Origin: Ruminococcus albus 7 = DSM 20455
GTDB taxonomy: Bacteria; Bacillota; Clostridia; Oscillospirales; Ruminococcaceae
Length of the DNA: 32,000 nt
Assembly (NCBI RefSeq): GCF_000179635.2
Contig: NC_014833.1
Span: forward strand, 1,890,001-1,922,000
Direction of reading: 5' to 3'
Part shown: piece after piece, positions 1 through 8,236 of the stretch
Position numbering within the stretch: position 1 is the stretch's first letter
Layout of the letters: each line of letters starts with the position of its first letter
The notes under the pieces: model-generated
Seen by the model: the letters and a program-made list of their open reading frames with translations, nothing else
What the model was told of the DNA's origin: nothing
Databases searched by the model: none
Program-made: the position numbers and the translations under genes

Positions 1-603
1 ACACCCTCATTCTCTGATGAACATCTGCCTTCAAATACGGGTTTTGAGTACAGAGTGGATTCACTTCTGGATACAGGTGAAGCTGTAACAGAGAGCAGTT
101 CGTCTGTTCTCAATATCAGGACAAGGGCATCTCTGAGCAATTGTACCTGCGATATCAGACCTGTTTATAAATTCAGCGGCAAGCGTATTGAACCTGATAT
201 CACCGTTACTCTTAATGGTGCTAAGCTTGTACGGGATGTTGACTATATCGTTAAGTATTTCAATAATATATCTGCAGGTACTGCTACGATCTCAATATCT
301 GGCTGCGGACAGTATTTCGGATTCAAGGAATTTGAATTTGAGATAAAGCTTTCGGAGGGCTATGTTCTTCCCGAGAGTACTCCTGCAAATCTTAGCTTTA
401 TCGGTGACTACACTGAAAAATACGAAGTGCTTGCCATTGCTCCCGAACGCATCGGAGATATAGCGGCACCTGTTGCCAATCGTGAAAGCGACAGTCCTAT
501 CATAGGAGAGATAAATGCTGCTAAAAATACAGATGATCTCAGGATAGTATCACGCCGGCTGGTGACATCTGCAGTGCTTCCGGGCTTTGATCCCTGGTAC
601 TGA
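1..603 (+). CDS. C-terminal fragment of a putative cell-surface/secreted repeat-domain protein (5' end lies outside the window)
   Basis: Frame 1 is open from base 1; the track ORF at 55 is only the first in-frame GTG. Stop is TGA 601-603. The segment DITVTLNGAKLVRDVDYIVKYFNNISAGTATISISG resembles Ig-like repeat modules of Firmicute surface proteins. A terminator follows. Confidence 0.5.
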   Translation, partial: TPSFSDEHLPSNTGFEYRVDSLLDTGEAVTESSSSVLNIRTRASLSNCTCDIRPVYKFSGKRIEPDITVTLNGAKLVRDVDYIVKYFNNISAGTATISISGCGQYFGFKEFEFEIKLSEGYVLPESTPANLSFIGDYTEKYEVLAIAPERIGDIAAPVANRESDSPIIGEINAAKNTDDLRIVSRRLVTSAVLPGFDPWY

Positions 604-640
604 TGACATATCAGTAGAAAGTATGCTGTAAATAAATATT

Positions 641-669
641 GACCGCCTTATCTTGGGCGGTCTTTTTAT
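641..669 (+). terminator. Rho-independent terminator
   Basis: Stem GACCGCC (641-647) pairs with GGCGGTC (656-662) around an 8-nt loop, followed by TTTTT (663-667). Confidence 0.7.
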
Positions 670-699
670 TCCTAAAGATAAAAATTAATATATTGTGAA

Positions 700-728
700 T
701 TGACAAATGCATTCTCATGTTGTATAAT
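700..728 (+). promoter_or_regulatory. Sigma-A type promoter for the metallophosphoesterase gene
   Basis: TTGACA (700-705), 17-nt spacer, TATAAT (723-728) preceded by TG (extended -10). Confidence 0.6.
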
Positions 729-770
729 CGTAATAGTATTATGTTTTTTGCCTGATGAGCGGAGGTGCGT

Positions 771-1868
771 ATGTTGCTTTGGATAGTATTGTTTGTAGCG
801 GCAGGTCTGGGTGCTTTGCTTGCGCTTGTGTATCTTGTCACAAGGTTTCATAAATTTGGCTTTATGCAGAAGCTTGCTGAAAATCACAAGGGACTTTCAT
901 GGGCGTTGTCGGTATTGCCTGTTGGGGTGCTTGGCGGAACTGCTATGATCAATGTATATATATCAGTTATAGTCACGCTTCATCTTGCGCTTATATGGGC
1001 TTTGTGTGATCTGGTGACTTTTATACACCGTAAGCGCAGGCACAGCTGGTCATCACGATATATGACAGGTGTCGCAGCAATAGCCATAACGGCGGTTTAT
1101 ATGGGTGCAGGTTGGTTTTTCGCTCACCATGTATTTGAGACCGACTATCGACTTAAAACCGATAAGAATCTTGAAGGCTCGCCTCTGCGTGTGGCGCTGT
1201 TTGCCGATTCACATATAGGTGTGACATTTGACGGTGAAGGTCTTGCGAAAGAGATAGCACTTCTTGATGAGCAGGATCCCGATATTATCCTGATAGCAGG
1301 TGATTTTGTAGACGATGATACTAAACGTGTCGATATGGTACGTGCCTGCAAAGCGCTGGGTGAAACAAAAGCGAGATATGGTGTGGTGTATGCGGACGGC
1401 AACCACGATAAGGGATATGGTAACAGCCGTGATTTCACGATAGATGAACTTTATGCCGAACTTGAAAAGAATGGTGTTAAGATCCTCCGTGATGAAGTGT
1501 TTTCAGCAGAAGGGTTCAATATCATTGGCAGAAAAGATTATCACGAAACGGACAGGCTTTCGGCTGAAAAGCTTATGGAAAAAGCTGATAATGAAAAATA
1601 TACAATAATGCTGGATCATCAGCCGCGTGATTACGAAGCTGAAGCTGCTTCAGAAGTCGATCTGGTACTGTCAGGACATACCCACGGAGGTCATATATTC
1701 CCCTCAGGTCTGGTCGGTCTGGCAATGGGCTTCAATGACAGGGTCTACGGAAAGGAAGTACGCAAGGATACTACCTTTATTGTTACATCGGGCATCTCGG
1801 GCTGGGCTATCCCTTTCAAGACCGGGTGCATATCCGAGTATGTTATCATTGATATCTATGACAGATAG
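771..1868 (+). CDS. Membrane-anchored calcineurin-like metallophosphoesterase (YkuE-like)
   Basis: Hydrophobic N-terminal helices, then the motifs LFADSHIG, IAGDFVDD, GNHD and LSGHTHGG. ATG 771 is preferred over track GTG 765 because GGAGG sits at 761-765, 5 nt upstream of 771. Confidence 0.85.
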   Translation: MLLWIVLFVAAGLGALLALVYLVTRFHKFGFMQKLAENHKGLSWALSVLPVGVLGGTAMINVYISVIVTLHLALIWALCDLVTFIHRKRRHSWSSRYMTGVAAIAITAVYMGAGWFFAHHVFETDYRLKTDKNLEGSPLRVALFADSHIGVTFDGEGLAKEIALLDEQDPDIILIAGDFVDDDTKRVDMVRACKALGETKARYGVVYADGNHDKGYGNSRDFTIDELYAELEKNGVKILRDEVFSAEGFNIIGRKDYHETDRLSAEKLMEKADNEKYTIMLDHQPRDYEAEAASEVDLVLSGHTHGGHIFPSGLVGLAMGFNDRVYGKEVRKDTTFIVTSGISGWAIPFKTGCISEYVIIDIYDR

Positions 1869-1899
1869 CTGTAAATACTTTTTACTTTACATATAGCAA

Positions 1900-1928
1900 C
1901 AGCCCACGGAAATGAAATCCGCGGGCTG
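1900..1928. terminator. Hairpin between convergent genes (possible bidirectional terminator)
   Basis: CAGCCCACGG (1900-1909) pairs with CCGCGGGCTG (1919-1928) with one mismatch. There is no clean U-tract on either strand. Confidence 0.4.
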
Positions 1929-1934
1929 TAATTA

Positions 1935-4277
1935 TTATATCTTTTTTGGTTTTGCAAAATTAGCAAATATCTTTTTAGTGCCGACTTTTTCAAAGGCTAT
2001 TTCCAGCATAGTGTCACCTGCCATAGGTGTTACACCTATTATCGTACCCTCACCGAACTTTTTGTGCATGACTCTTTCGCCTACACTGTAGGACTCAGCA
2101 GGTTCAGTCGGGGCAGCCTTTGCTGAATTAAACATTGCCATCTGTCTGCCCAGAGATATATCACCTGAACGTCTTGAACTTGCAGCGGTGTCAAGCTTTG
2201 GTACTTGCTTTTCAATATTCTCGGGTGGAAGTTCCTTTATAAACTGTGATTCACGGTTATACTGGGTGTTGCCGTACAGCATACGCTCACCTGCATAAAT
2301 AAGGTGAAGCTGTTCCTTGGCACGGGTCATTGCAACATAAGCAAGACGCCGTTCTTCTTCGAGTTCGGCTTCACTGTCTCTGCTGCGGCTTGACGGGAAT
2401 ACATTATCCTCCATACCTGCCACGAAAACTACCGGAAATTCAAGACCCTTTGCAGCGTGCATAGTCATCAGTGCAACGTAATCGCTGTTTTCGTCGAGGG
2501 TGTCTATATCAGTATATAGAGCAACTTCTTCAAGAAAACCTTCAAGAGAGGGATCTTCTGCTTCTTCCTCGTACTTTGTCATTGTAGATTTCAGTTCCGC
2601 AATATTTTCAAGGCGCATCTCGCCCTCGACACCTTGCTGCTTCATCATAGCGCCATAGCCTGTTTTTTCAACTACCTCATCAAGCAGTTCGGGCAGGCTG
2701 GCTTCTTCGGAAAGATCTGTGAGGTCTTCGATCATGAACGCAAATTCAGTCAGTGCCTTTGATTTTTTTGCAAGAGGCACATATTCAGTGGAATGTGCCA
2801 TAACATATATCGGATCCTCTCCGAGATCGGATGAAACCTGACCTATGGTACGCACTGTTGCATCTCCTATACCGCGTTTCGGTTCGTTGACTATCCTCTG
2901 TAGTCTGAACATATCCGCGTGATTGTTAATTACCTCAAGATATGCCAGGATATCCTTGATCTCTTTGCGGTCATAGAATTTCAGTCCGCCGAAGATCTTG
3001 TAGGGGATACCTGCTTTTATCATAGCTTGTTCAAGAGCGTTGGACTGGGCGTTCATACGGTAAAGTACAGCGTGGTCACCGAAACGTCTGCCGTTATCGT
3101 TGTTTTCACTTACTGTCTTTGCAATATAGGAAGCCTCATCACGCTCGTTCATTGACTTATGTACTATGACTTTGTCACCGTCGCCGCAGTCTGTCCACAG
3201 ATTCTTGCCCTTTCTTCCAACGTTGTTGCTGATGAGCTTGTTTGCACAGGTCAGTATGTTCTGGGTCGAGCGGTAGTTCTGTTCCAGTTTTATAACGTCC
3301 TCGGGGCGGCATCCGAATTCATCTTCAAAGTTCAGGATGTTCTCTATAGTAGCACCGCGGAAACGGTATATGCTCTGGTCATCATCACCCACGACACATA
3401 TATTTCCGAATTTTTGCGATAGCAGGGAAACCAGCCTGAACTGTACTCTGTTTGTATCCTGATATTCATCTACCATAATATACTTATAAAGGTTCTGATA
3501 GTGATCAAGTACATCGGGGCAGTTTTCAAACAGGGTAACGGTATGGCAGATGATGTCATCAAAGTCCATAGCATTGTTTGCCAGCAGTTCTTTCTGGTAT
3601 TTTTTGTATATCTTTGCTACATTCATCCTGTAATAGTCGCCTGAAGCTTCCTTTGCAAATTCCTCGGGAGTTATCATTGAATCCTTTGCATGGGATATCT
3701 CACTCATTACAGTTTTTACAGGGAACATCTTTTCATCTATGTCAAGTGAACGCATGGCAGCTTTGATGACACGCTTTGAATCGTCGGTATCATATATGGC
3801 AAAGCTGGGGGTAAAACCTATATTACCGCACTCGCGCCTTAATATACGTACGCAGGCTGAGTGGAAAGTCGCAGCAACAATGCCCCTGCCTTCATCTCCG
3901 AGTATTTTTTCGATACGTTCTTTGAGTTCGCCGGCAGCTTTGTTGGTAAAGGTTATTGCCAGTATGTTCCACGGACGTACTTGTCTAACACCGATGACAG
4001 CGGCAAGCCGTTTGCCGTCATCTGTTCTGCCCTCAGCATAATCCTTGATAAATGCGGCTTCTTCGTCGGTGAAGATCTGCCCTGTTGTGTTATAAGCATC
4101 ACCGAAATGGATCATATTTGCTATCCTGTTAACCAGTACAGTAGTCTTACCGCTGCCGGCGCCTGCAAGTATAAGCAGAGGTCCGTTTACGCGGAACACT
4201 GCCTTCTGCTGCATGGGGTTCATACGGCTGAAAAATCTTTCAAGAGCCTGTTTTTTTATCATATCGATATCTTTCAT
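1935..4277 (-). CDS. pcrA: ATP-dependent DNA helicase PcrA (UvrD/Rep superfamily 1)
   Basis: 780 aa. Walker A motif AGAGSGKT, motifs DEYQDTN, VGDDDQSIYRFRGA, QNYRS and TMHAAKGLEF, and the typical C-terminal GERVMHKKFGEGTI module. GGAGG lies 8 nt upstream of ATG 4277. Confidence 0.95.
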   Translation of the reverse strand: MKDIDMIKKQALERFFSRMNPMQQKAVFRVNGPLLILAGAGSGKTTVLVNRIANMIHFGDAYNTTGQIFTDEEAAFIKDYAEGRTDDGKRLAAVIGVRQVRPWNILAITFTNKAAGELKERIEKILGDEGRGIVAATFHSACVRILRRECGNIGFTPSFAIYDTDDSKRVIKAAMRSLDIDEKMFPVKTVMSEISHAKDSMITPEEFAKEASGDYYRMNVAKIYKKYQKELLANNAMDFDDIICHTVTLFENCPDVLDHYQNLYKYIMVDEYQDTNRVQFRLVSLLSQKFGNICVVGDDDQSIYRFRGATIENILNFEDEFGCRPEDVIKLEQNYRSTQNILTCANKLISNNVGRKGKNLWTDCGDGDKVIVHKSMNERDEASYIAKTVSENNDNGRRFGDHAVLYRMNAQSNALEQAMIKAGIPYKIFGGLKFYDRKEIKDILAYLEVINNHADMFRLQRIVNEPKRGIGDATVRTIGQVSSDLGEDPIYVMAHSTEYVPLAKKSKALTEFAFMIEDLTDLSEEASLPELLDEVVEKTGYGAMMKQQGVEGEMRLENIAELKSTMTKYEEEAEDPSLEGFLEEVALYTDIDTLDENSDYVALMTMHAAKGLEFPVVFVAGMEDNVFPSSRSRDSEAELEEERRLAYVAMTRAKEQLHLIYAGERMLYGNTQYNRESQFIKELPPENIEKQVPKLDTAASSRRSGDISLGRQMAMFNSAKAAPTEPAESYSVGERVMHKKFGEGTIIGVTPMAGDTMLEIAFEKVGTKKIFANFAKPKKI

Positions 4278-4305
4278 CTGTATACCTCCGTTATCTCAGA
4301 CATAT

Positions 4306-4334
4306 ATTATAACACATCGACAGAGTTTTGAAAA
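4306..4334 (-). promoter_or_regulatory. Candidate pcrA promoter
   Basis: On the minus strand: TTTTCA (-35, weak), 17 nt, TGTTATAAT (extended -10; TATAAT is the complement of 4306-4311). Confidence 0.35.
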
Positions 4335-4425
4335 GGGGTCAATTGAAAATTTTTGAAGCTTCCTTGTATGAGTACAATTATTTTCCCTTGTCTGATAAGA
4401 AATGATGATTTGCAATGAAATTCCA

Positions 4426-4454
4426 TTGACATCAAAATGATATAATGCTATAAT
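4426..4454 (+). promoter_or_regulatory. Sigma-A type promoter for ORF 4520
   Basis: TTGACA (4426-4431), 17-nt spacer, TATAAT (4449-4454). Confidence 0.6.
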
Positions 4455-4519
4455 CATTTTAACACATTAGTATTCGCTTGATCAAAAGAATTATAATATG
4501 AAAAATAAGGAGTCTAGTA

Positions 4520-5854
4520 ATGGGCAGATCACTTAACATTAACCATGTACTTAATGCTGATAAGCTGACAAAAGCGCAGTTCAAAAAGCAGTTCACTGAT
4601 ATGATGAAAGCGAAAGGCTATACTTCCGCCAAGGAAGAGGATGCTGAACTTTGCTATGAACTTGTCTTTTCGGCTGACAGAAAATGGGTGACGATACTTT
4701 TCGAGGACGACACCGAAGCCAAAAATAAAGCATCAGCCTTCGCAAGAGATCTGGGTATGCAGGTTCTCAGTGTTGAACTGGTAGACAGCGATTTTGCCGA
4801 ACTTACGCTGTTTGGTTTAAACGGCGCACCTGTCGATACCATGTTTTTAGGCGAACCATACTTCGATGAAGTGCCCGAGCCCTCGCCGCTGAAATGGCAG
4901 ACCATGCTCGGTATTGACTGGGCAAAAGTCGAAGAGATACAGCAGGGCGATCACACATTTGCAGAAGATGCACTGTGCGAGTTTGGCGAAGTCATCGGGT
5001 GTGAGAATATTCTGGCGGATTACTACTGTGTTTCCGGCAATGCTGAACGGCTTTTTTTCAAAAGGGCAGGAAAGAAGAAACTTACACTGGATTCGGCATA
5101 TAAACAGATATTTGGTGAAAAACTGATACCCATAGGATTTAAATACATAGGTGGAAGATCTTTTGTAAGAGTGATCAATAATGAGATAATACAGACAGTT
5201 TCCTTTATTAAAGAAACTACCATGAGAGGGTATTTTTTTTCTGATGGTAGTGATGTGAGATACAATATCTACTATGGAGTATCTTCAATTTATAGCAATA
5301 ATTTATTAATTAAGCCAGATTCTTGTTGCTCTGGATTTGAAACACTTTGCCACTGTTATATTAGTAATTATTGTATATATGGACGTAATGATGAATATTT
5401 AAGGCAAATTAAAGAGTTCTATTTCAAATCATATGAACAAAAATCATTGCTTCAATCCATGAGTAATGCTTTGAATGTGTTTGAAAAGATCGTTTTACCT
5501 TTATTTGATAAAAGTTTGGATCTCGAATCGACATTATATTATTTTGATAACATATCAGTTCCGAGTTTTTCAAGAGCATTATATCTTAAACTTGATGATC
5601 CAAAAGCATTTTTTGAAAAAATAAAGGAAAGAAAGATACAAGAGTTGGAATACTCTATTCAAAATGGATTGAATCAAAAAGTTCCCGAAAAATATGATGA
5701 ATATATTGAAAAAATTGAAAAAAGAATAACTGATTATCTAAGTTTTATTGATGAAACTAAAAAAGATAAAAACGAATACAACAATAAAAGAGAGAGATTA
5801 AGTAATAATAGGGAATGTAATCTTGAAATAATAAAACAACAAATAAATAGGTGA
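4520..5854 (+). CDS. Hypothetical protein, compositionally chimeric (about 44% GC N-terminal part, about 17-30% GC C-terminal part)
   Basis: 444-aa ORF with AAGGAG (4507-4512) 7 nt upstream of the ATG. The frame stays open through about 750 nt of very AT-rich DNA, which argues for real coding. I recognise no confident family. The C-terminal half begins with a DUF4304-like pattern (unverified recall) and ends in a K/E-rich predicted coiled coil. Confidence 0.7.
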   Translation: MGRSLNINHVLNADKLTKAQFKKQFTDMMKAKGYTSAKEEDAELCYELVFSADRKWVTILFEDDTEAKNKASAFARDLGMQVLSVELVDSDFAELTLFGLNGAPVDTMFLGEPYFDEVPEPSPLKWQTMLGIDWAKVEEIQQGDHTFAEDALCEFGEVIGCENILADYYCVSGNAERLFFKRAGKKKLTLDSAYKQIFGEKLIPIGFKYIGGRSFVRVINNEIIQTVSFIKETTMRGYFFSDGSDVRYNIYYGVSSIYSNNLLIKPDSCCSGFETLCHCYISNYCIYGRNDEYLRQIKEFYFKSYEQKSLLQSMSNALNVFEKIVLPLFDKSLDLESTLYYFDNISVPSFSRALYLKLDDPKAFFEKIKERKIQELEYSIQNGLNQKVPEKYDEYIEKIEKRITDYLSFIDETKKDKNEYNNKRERLSNNRECNLEIIKQQINR

Positions 5855-5860
5855 GATAAT

Positions 5861-6040
5861 ATGATTAAAAATAAACGAATATTAAAATTTCTAGCAAGCT
5901 TAGTTGTATGTGCCTATATTTTTACAAATTCAGGTATAATACTAGGTGAAGCTTTTTTTGAAAATCTTGATAATTATGATGACTACGATCTATTGACCTT
6001 GATGATCGAGTTTTTGCAATACAGGAAGTATAGCACTTGA
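5861..6040 (+). CDS. Small hypothetical protein (59 aa) with a signal/TM-like N-terminus
   Basis: Hand translation gives MIKNKRILKFLASLVVCAYIFTNSGIILGEAFFENLDNYDDYDLLTLMIEFLQYRKYST. AGGTGA lies 7 nt upstream. It starts 7 nt after the preceding stop, is below the 60-aa track cutoff, and is AT-rich. Confidence 0.35.
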   Translation: MIKNKRILKFLASLVVCAYIFTNSGIILGEAFFENLDNYDDYDLLTLMIEFLQYRKYST

Positions 6041-6065
6041 CATTCAGTCAAAAATAGAGTAAAAT
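6037..6065 (+). promoter_or_regulatory. Sigma-A type promoter driving the rnj leader
   Basis: TTGACA (6037-6042), 17-nt spacer, TAAAAT (6060-6065). Confidence 0.55.
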
Positions 6066-6071
6066 ATAATA

Positions 6072-6344
6072 AGATATTTTTGTTCGGATAATATTCCGCC
6101 TGTAATATGGCGGACAAAGTCAGCGGACTCATCTCAGCTTTCATTTATCTAGGGGTCATCCATTCACCCAAGACCGCTGCCCATGCCCTTATAGATATAG
6201 GGACACACCTATCTAACGGAAAAATCAAATAACGGACGGGAAACGTTTTCCCGTGGGAAAGGAGCTTTTTGCGCCCTTTATGCTCTTGACGGCATTTTTT
6301 TGTGCTGTCTTGCGGCTGTATATGGGTGCGCATTTTTGCAGACT
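6072..6344 (+). promoter_or_regulatory. Long structured 5' leader of rnj, including a 22-codon uORF (6280-6348)
   Basis: About 270 nt lie between the predicted TSS and the rnj ATG. Mutually exclusive hairpins occur at 6085-6098, 6091-6108 and 6095-6114. A long-range pairing joins 6121-6126 to 6174-6179. A strong 8-bp hairpin sits at 6236-6254. AAGGAG is at 6259-6264. The uORF stop TGA (6346-6348) overlaps the rnj ATG (6345-6347). Confidence 0.4.
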
Positions 6345-8189
6345 ATGAATAATAACAATTCTAACAACGGTAAAAGAAAGGCATCAAAACGATACGTACA
6401 GGGAAAAGGCAAACTCAGAGGTGTTCCTCTTGACAGAAAGAACGGAAACAAGCAGGAGGCAGACAGTTCCAGGACGAAGCTTCGTCCGAATAACAGGCAG
6501 CAGCGCAGCAATAAAGAAGCTCAGCGCCGTACCCCTGTAAAAATCATACCTCTTGGAGGACTTAACGAAATAGGCAAGAACTTCACGGTTATCGAATGCT
6601 CAAACGATATGTTCGTTATCGACTGTGGTCTGGCTTTCCCTGACAGTGAGATGCTGGGTGTTGATATCGTTATACCTGATTTCACCTATGTTGAGAAGAA
6701 TCTTGAAAAGATGCGTGGTGTGGTAATAACTCACGGTCACGAGGATCATATAGGCGGACTTCCGTACTTTCTGAAGAAATTCCCCGGTGTTCCTGTTTAC
6801 GGTACAAGACTTACTGTCGGACTTATTGAGGGCAAACTTCGTGAGCATGGCTTGCTGGATAGTGTAAAGCTTAATACCGTGACACCTCGTCAGACCATAA
6901 GGATGGGCTGTATGGCGGTGGAATTCATCAGGGTCAACCATTCTATACCCGATTCTGTGGGCATGGCTATACACACACCGGCAGGTGTTCTTATCCATAC
7001 AGGTGACTTCAAGGTAGACTATACTCCGATAGAAGGCGGTATAATCGATCTGCCCAGATTTGCAGAGCTTGGCAATAAGGGCGTACTTGCTCTTATGGCA
7101 GACTCTACAAACTCCGAACGCCCGGGGTATACCGCCAGTGAACGCAAGGTGGGTGACAACCTGGAGATGCTGTTTTCAAAGGCTGAGGGCAAGCGAATAA
7201 TCATAGCGACATTTGCTTCAAACATCCACAGGGTACAGCAGATAATCAATAATGCTGTCAATACAGGACGTAAGGTCGCTGTATCTGGCAGGAGCATGGT
7301 GAACGTTATAAGTGTCGGCATAGAACTGGGATATCTTAAAGTACCTGACGGTGTACTTATTGATATTGATATGATAGGAAGATATCTCCCGGATCAGATA
7401 GTTCTTGTGACAACAGGCAGCCAGGGTGAGCCTATGTCTGCCCTTTCGCGAATGTCCATGAACGAACACCGCAAGGTCAGCATAACTCCACAGGATTTCA
7501 TAATAATCTCAGCTAACCCCATACCCGGCAACGAAAAACTGGTAACAAGGGTAGTCAATGATCTTATGAAGCTGGGCGCTGAAGTCGTATACGAAAAGAT
7601 GTACGAGGTACACGTTTCGGGTCATGCTTGTCAGGAAGAACAGAAGCTGATGCTTTCCATAACCAAGCCCAAGTTCTTTATACCAGTTCATGGTGAATTC
7701 AAGCATCTGATGAAGCATAAGCAGACCGCCATGAGCGTGGGTATACCCGAGGAAAATATAATAATTGCCGGAATAGGTGATGTTATAGAAACTGACGGTG
7801 TGGATATGAAGATTACGGGTGAAGTTCCTGCAGGCAAGGTCCTTGTTGATGGTCTTGGCGTCGGTGATGTAGGCGCTATAGTACTGAGAGACAGAAAGCA
7901 TCTTGCTGAGGACGGACTTATAATCGCAGTTGCTACAATAGACAGGTCAGTAGGCGAGATACTTGCGGGTCCCGATCTTGTATCAAGGGGATTTGTGTAT
8001 GTGCGTGAGAGCGAGGAGCTTATGAATGAAGCAAAGGAACTGCTCACAGAAACGCTCCAGAGCTGTCTTGACAGCAATATGCATGAGTGGAACGCTATCA
8101 AGGGCAAGATGAAAGATAATCTTTCCGATTTTATTTTCGGCAAAACAAAGAGAAGTCCGATGATATTGCCCATAATTATGGAAATATAA
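6345..8189 (+). CDS. rnj: Ribonuclease J (metallo-beta-lactamase/beta-CASP) with a 64-aa basic N-terminal extension
   Basis: Core begins VKIIPLGGLNEIGKN, with the HxHxDH motif THGHEDHIGG plus beta-CASP and C-terminal domains. ATG 6345 is the last possible start before the core. Track start TTG 6300 has no RBS. Start assignment is uncertain. Confidence 0.9.
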   Translation: MNNNNSNNGKRKASKRYVQGKGKLRGVPLDRKNGNKQEADSSRTKLRPNNRQQRSNKEAQRRTPVKIIPLGGLNEIGKNFTVIECSNDMFVIDCGLAFPDSEMLGVDIVIPDFTYVEKNLEKMRGVVITHGHEDHIGGLPYFLKKFPGVPVYGTRLTVGLIEGKLREHGLLDSVKLNTVTPRQTIRMGCMAVEFIRVNHSIPDSVGMAIHTPAGVLIHTGDFKVDYTPIEGGIIDLPRFAELGNKGVLALMADSTNSERPGYTASERKVGDNLEMLFSKAEGKRIIIATFASNIHRVQQIINNAVNTGRKVAVSGRSMVNVISVGIELGYLKVPDGVLIDIDMIGRYLPDQIVLVTTGSQGEPMSALSRMSMNEHRKVSITPQDFIIISANPIPGNEKLVTRVVNDLMKLGAEVVYEKMYEVHVSGHACQEEQKLMLSITKPKFFIPVHGEFKHLMKHKQTAMSVGIPEENIIIAGIGDVIETDGVDMKITGEVPAGKVLVDGLGVGDVGAIVLRDRKHLAEDGLIIAVATIDRSVGEILAGPDLVSRGFVYVRESEELMNEAKELLTETLQSCLDSNMHEWNAIKGKMKDNLSDFIFGKTKRSPMILPIIMEI

Positions 8190-8236
8190 CTGCTGTAAGA
8201 ACAAGCAAAGGGACTTTGTAAAGGAGTTGACAGGCA

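Noticed and set aside
5233-5240. A T8 homopolymer inside ORF 4520-5854 near the composition break, as a possible slipped-strand phase-variation switch. T7 runs occur at 5052-5058 and about 5947-5953.
   Set aside because: Runs of 7-8 T are expected in DNA of 20-30% GC. A single sequence gives no evidence of length variation.
6072-6344. Whether the rnj leader is a known riboswitch. I considered c-di-AMP ydaO (because gdpP is downstream), ykkC/guanidine (CTAGGGG-like string at 6149-6155), preQ1, ZTP and T-box.
   Set aside because: The conserved core sequences of these classes as I remember them are not present. Examples are the ydaO paired AAUC/GGGGACCCA/GGGGUGAAUC blocks, the ykkC GGUCCGAGAG block and the T-box sequence. 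Only short chance similarities appear. A covariance-model scan is needed to be sure.
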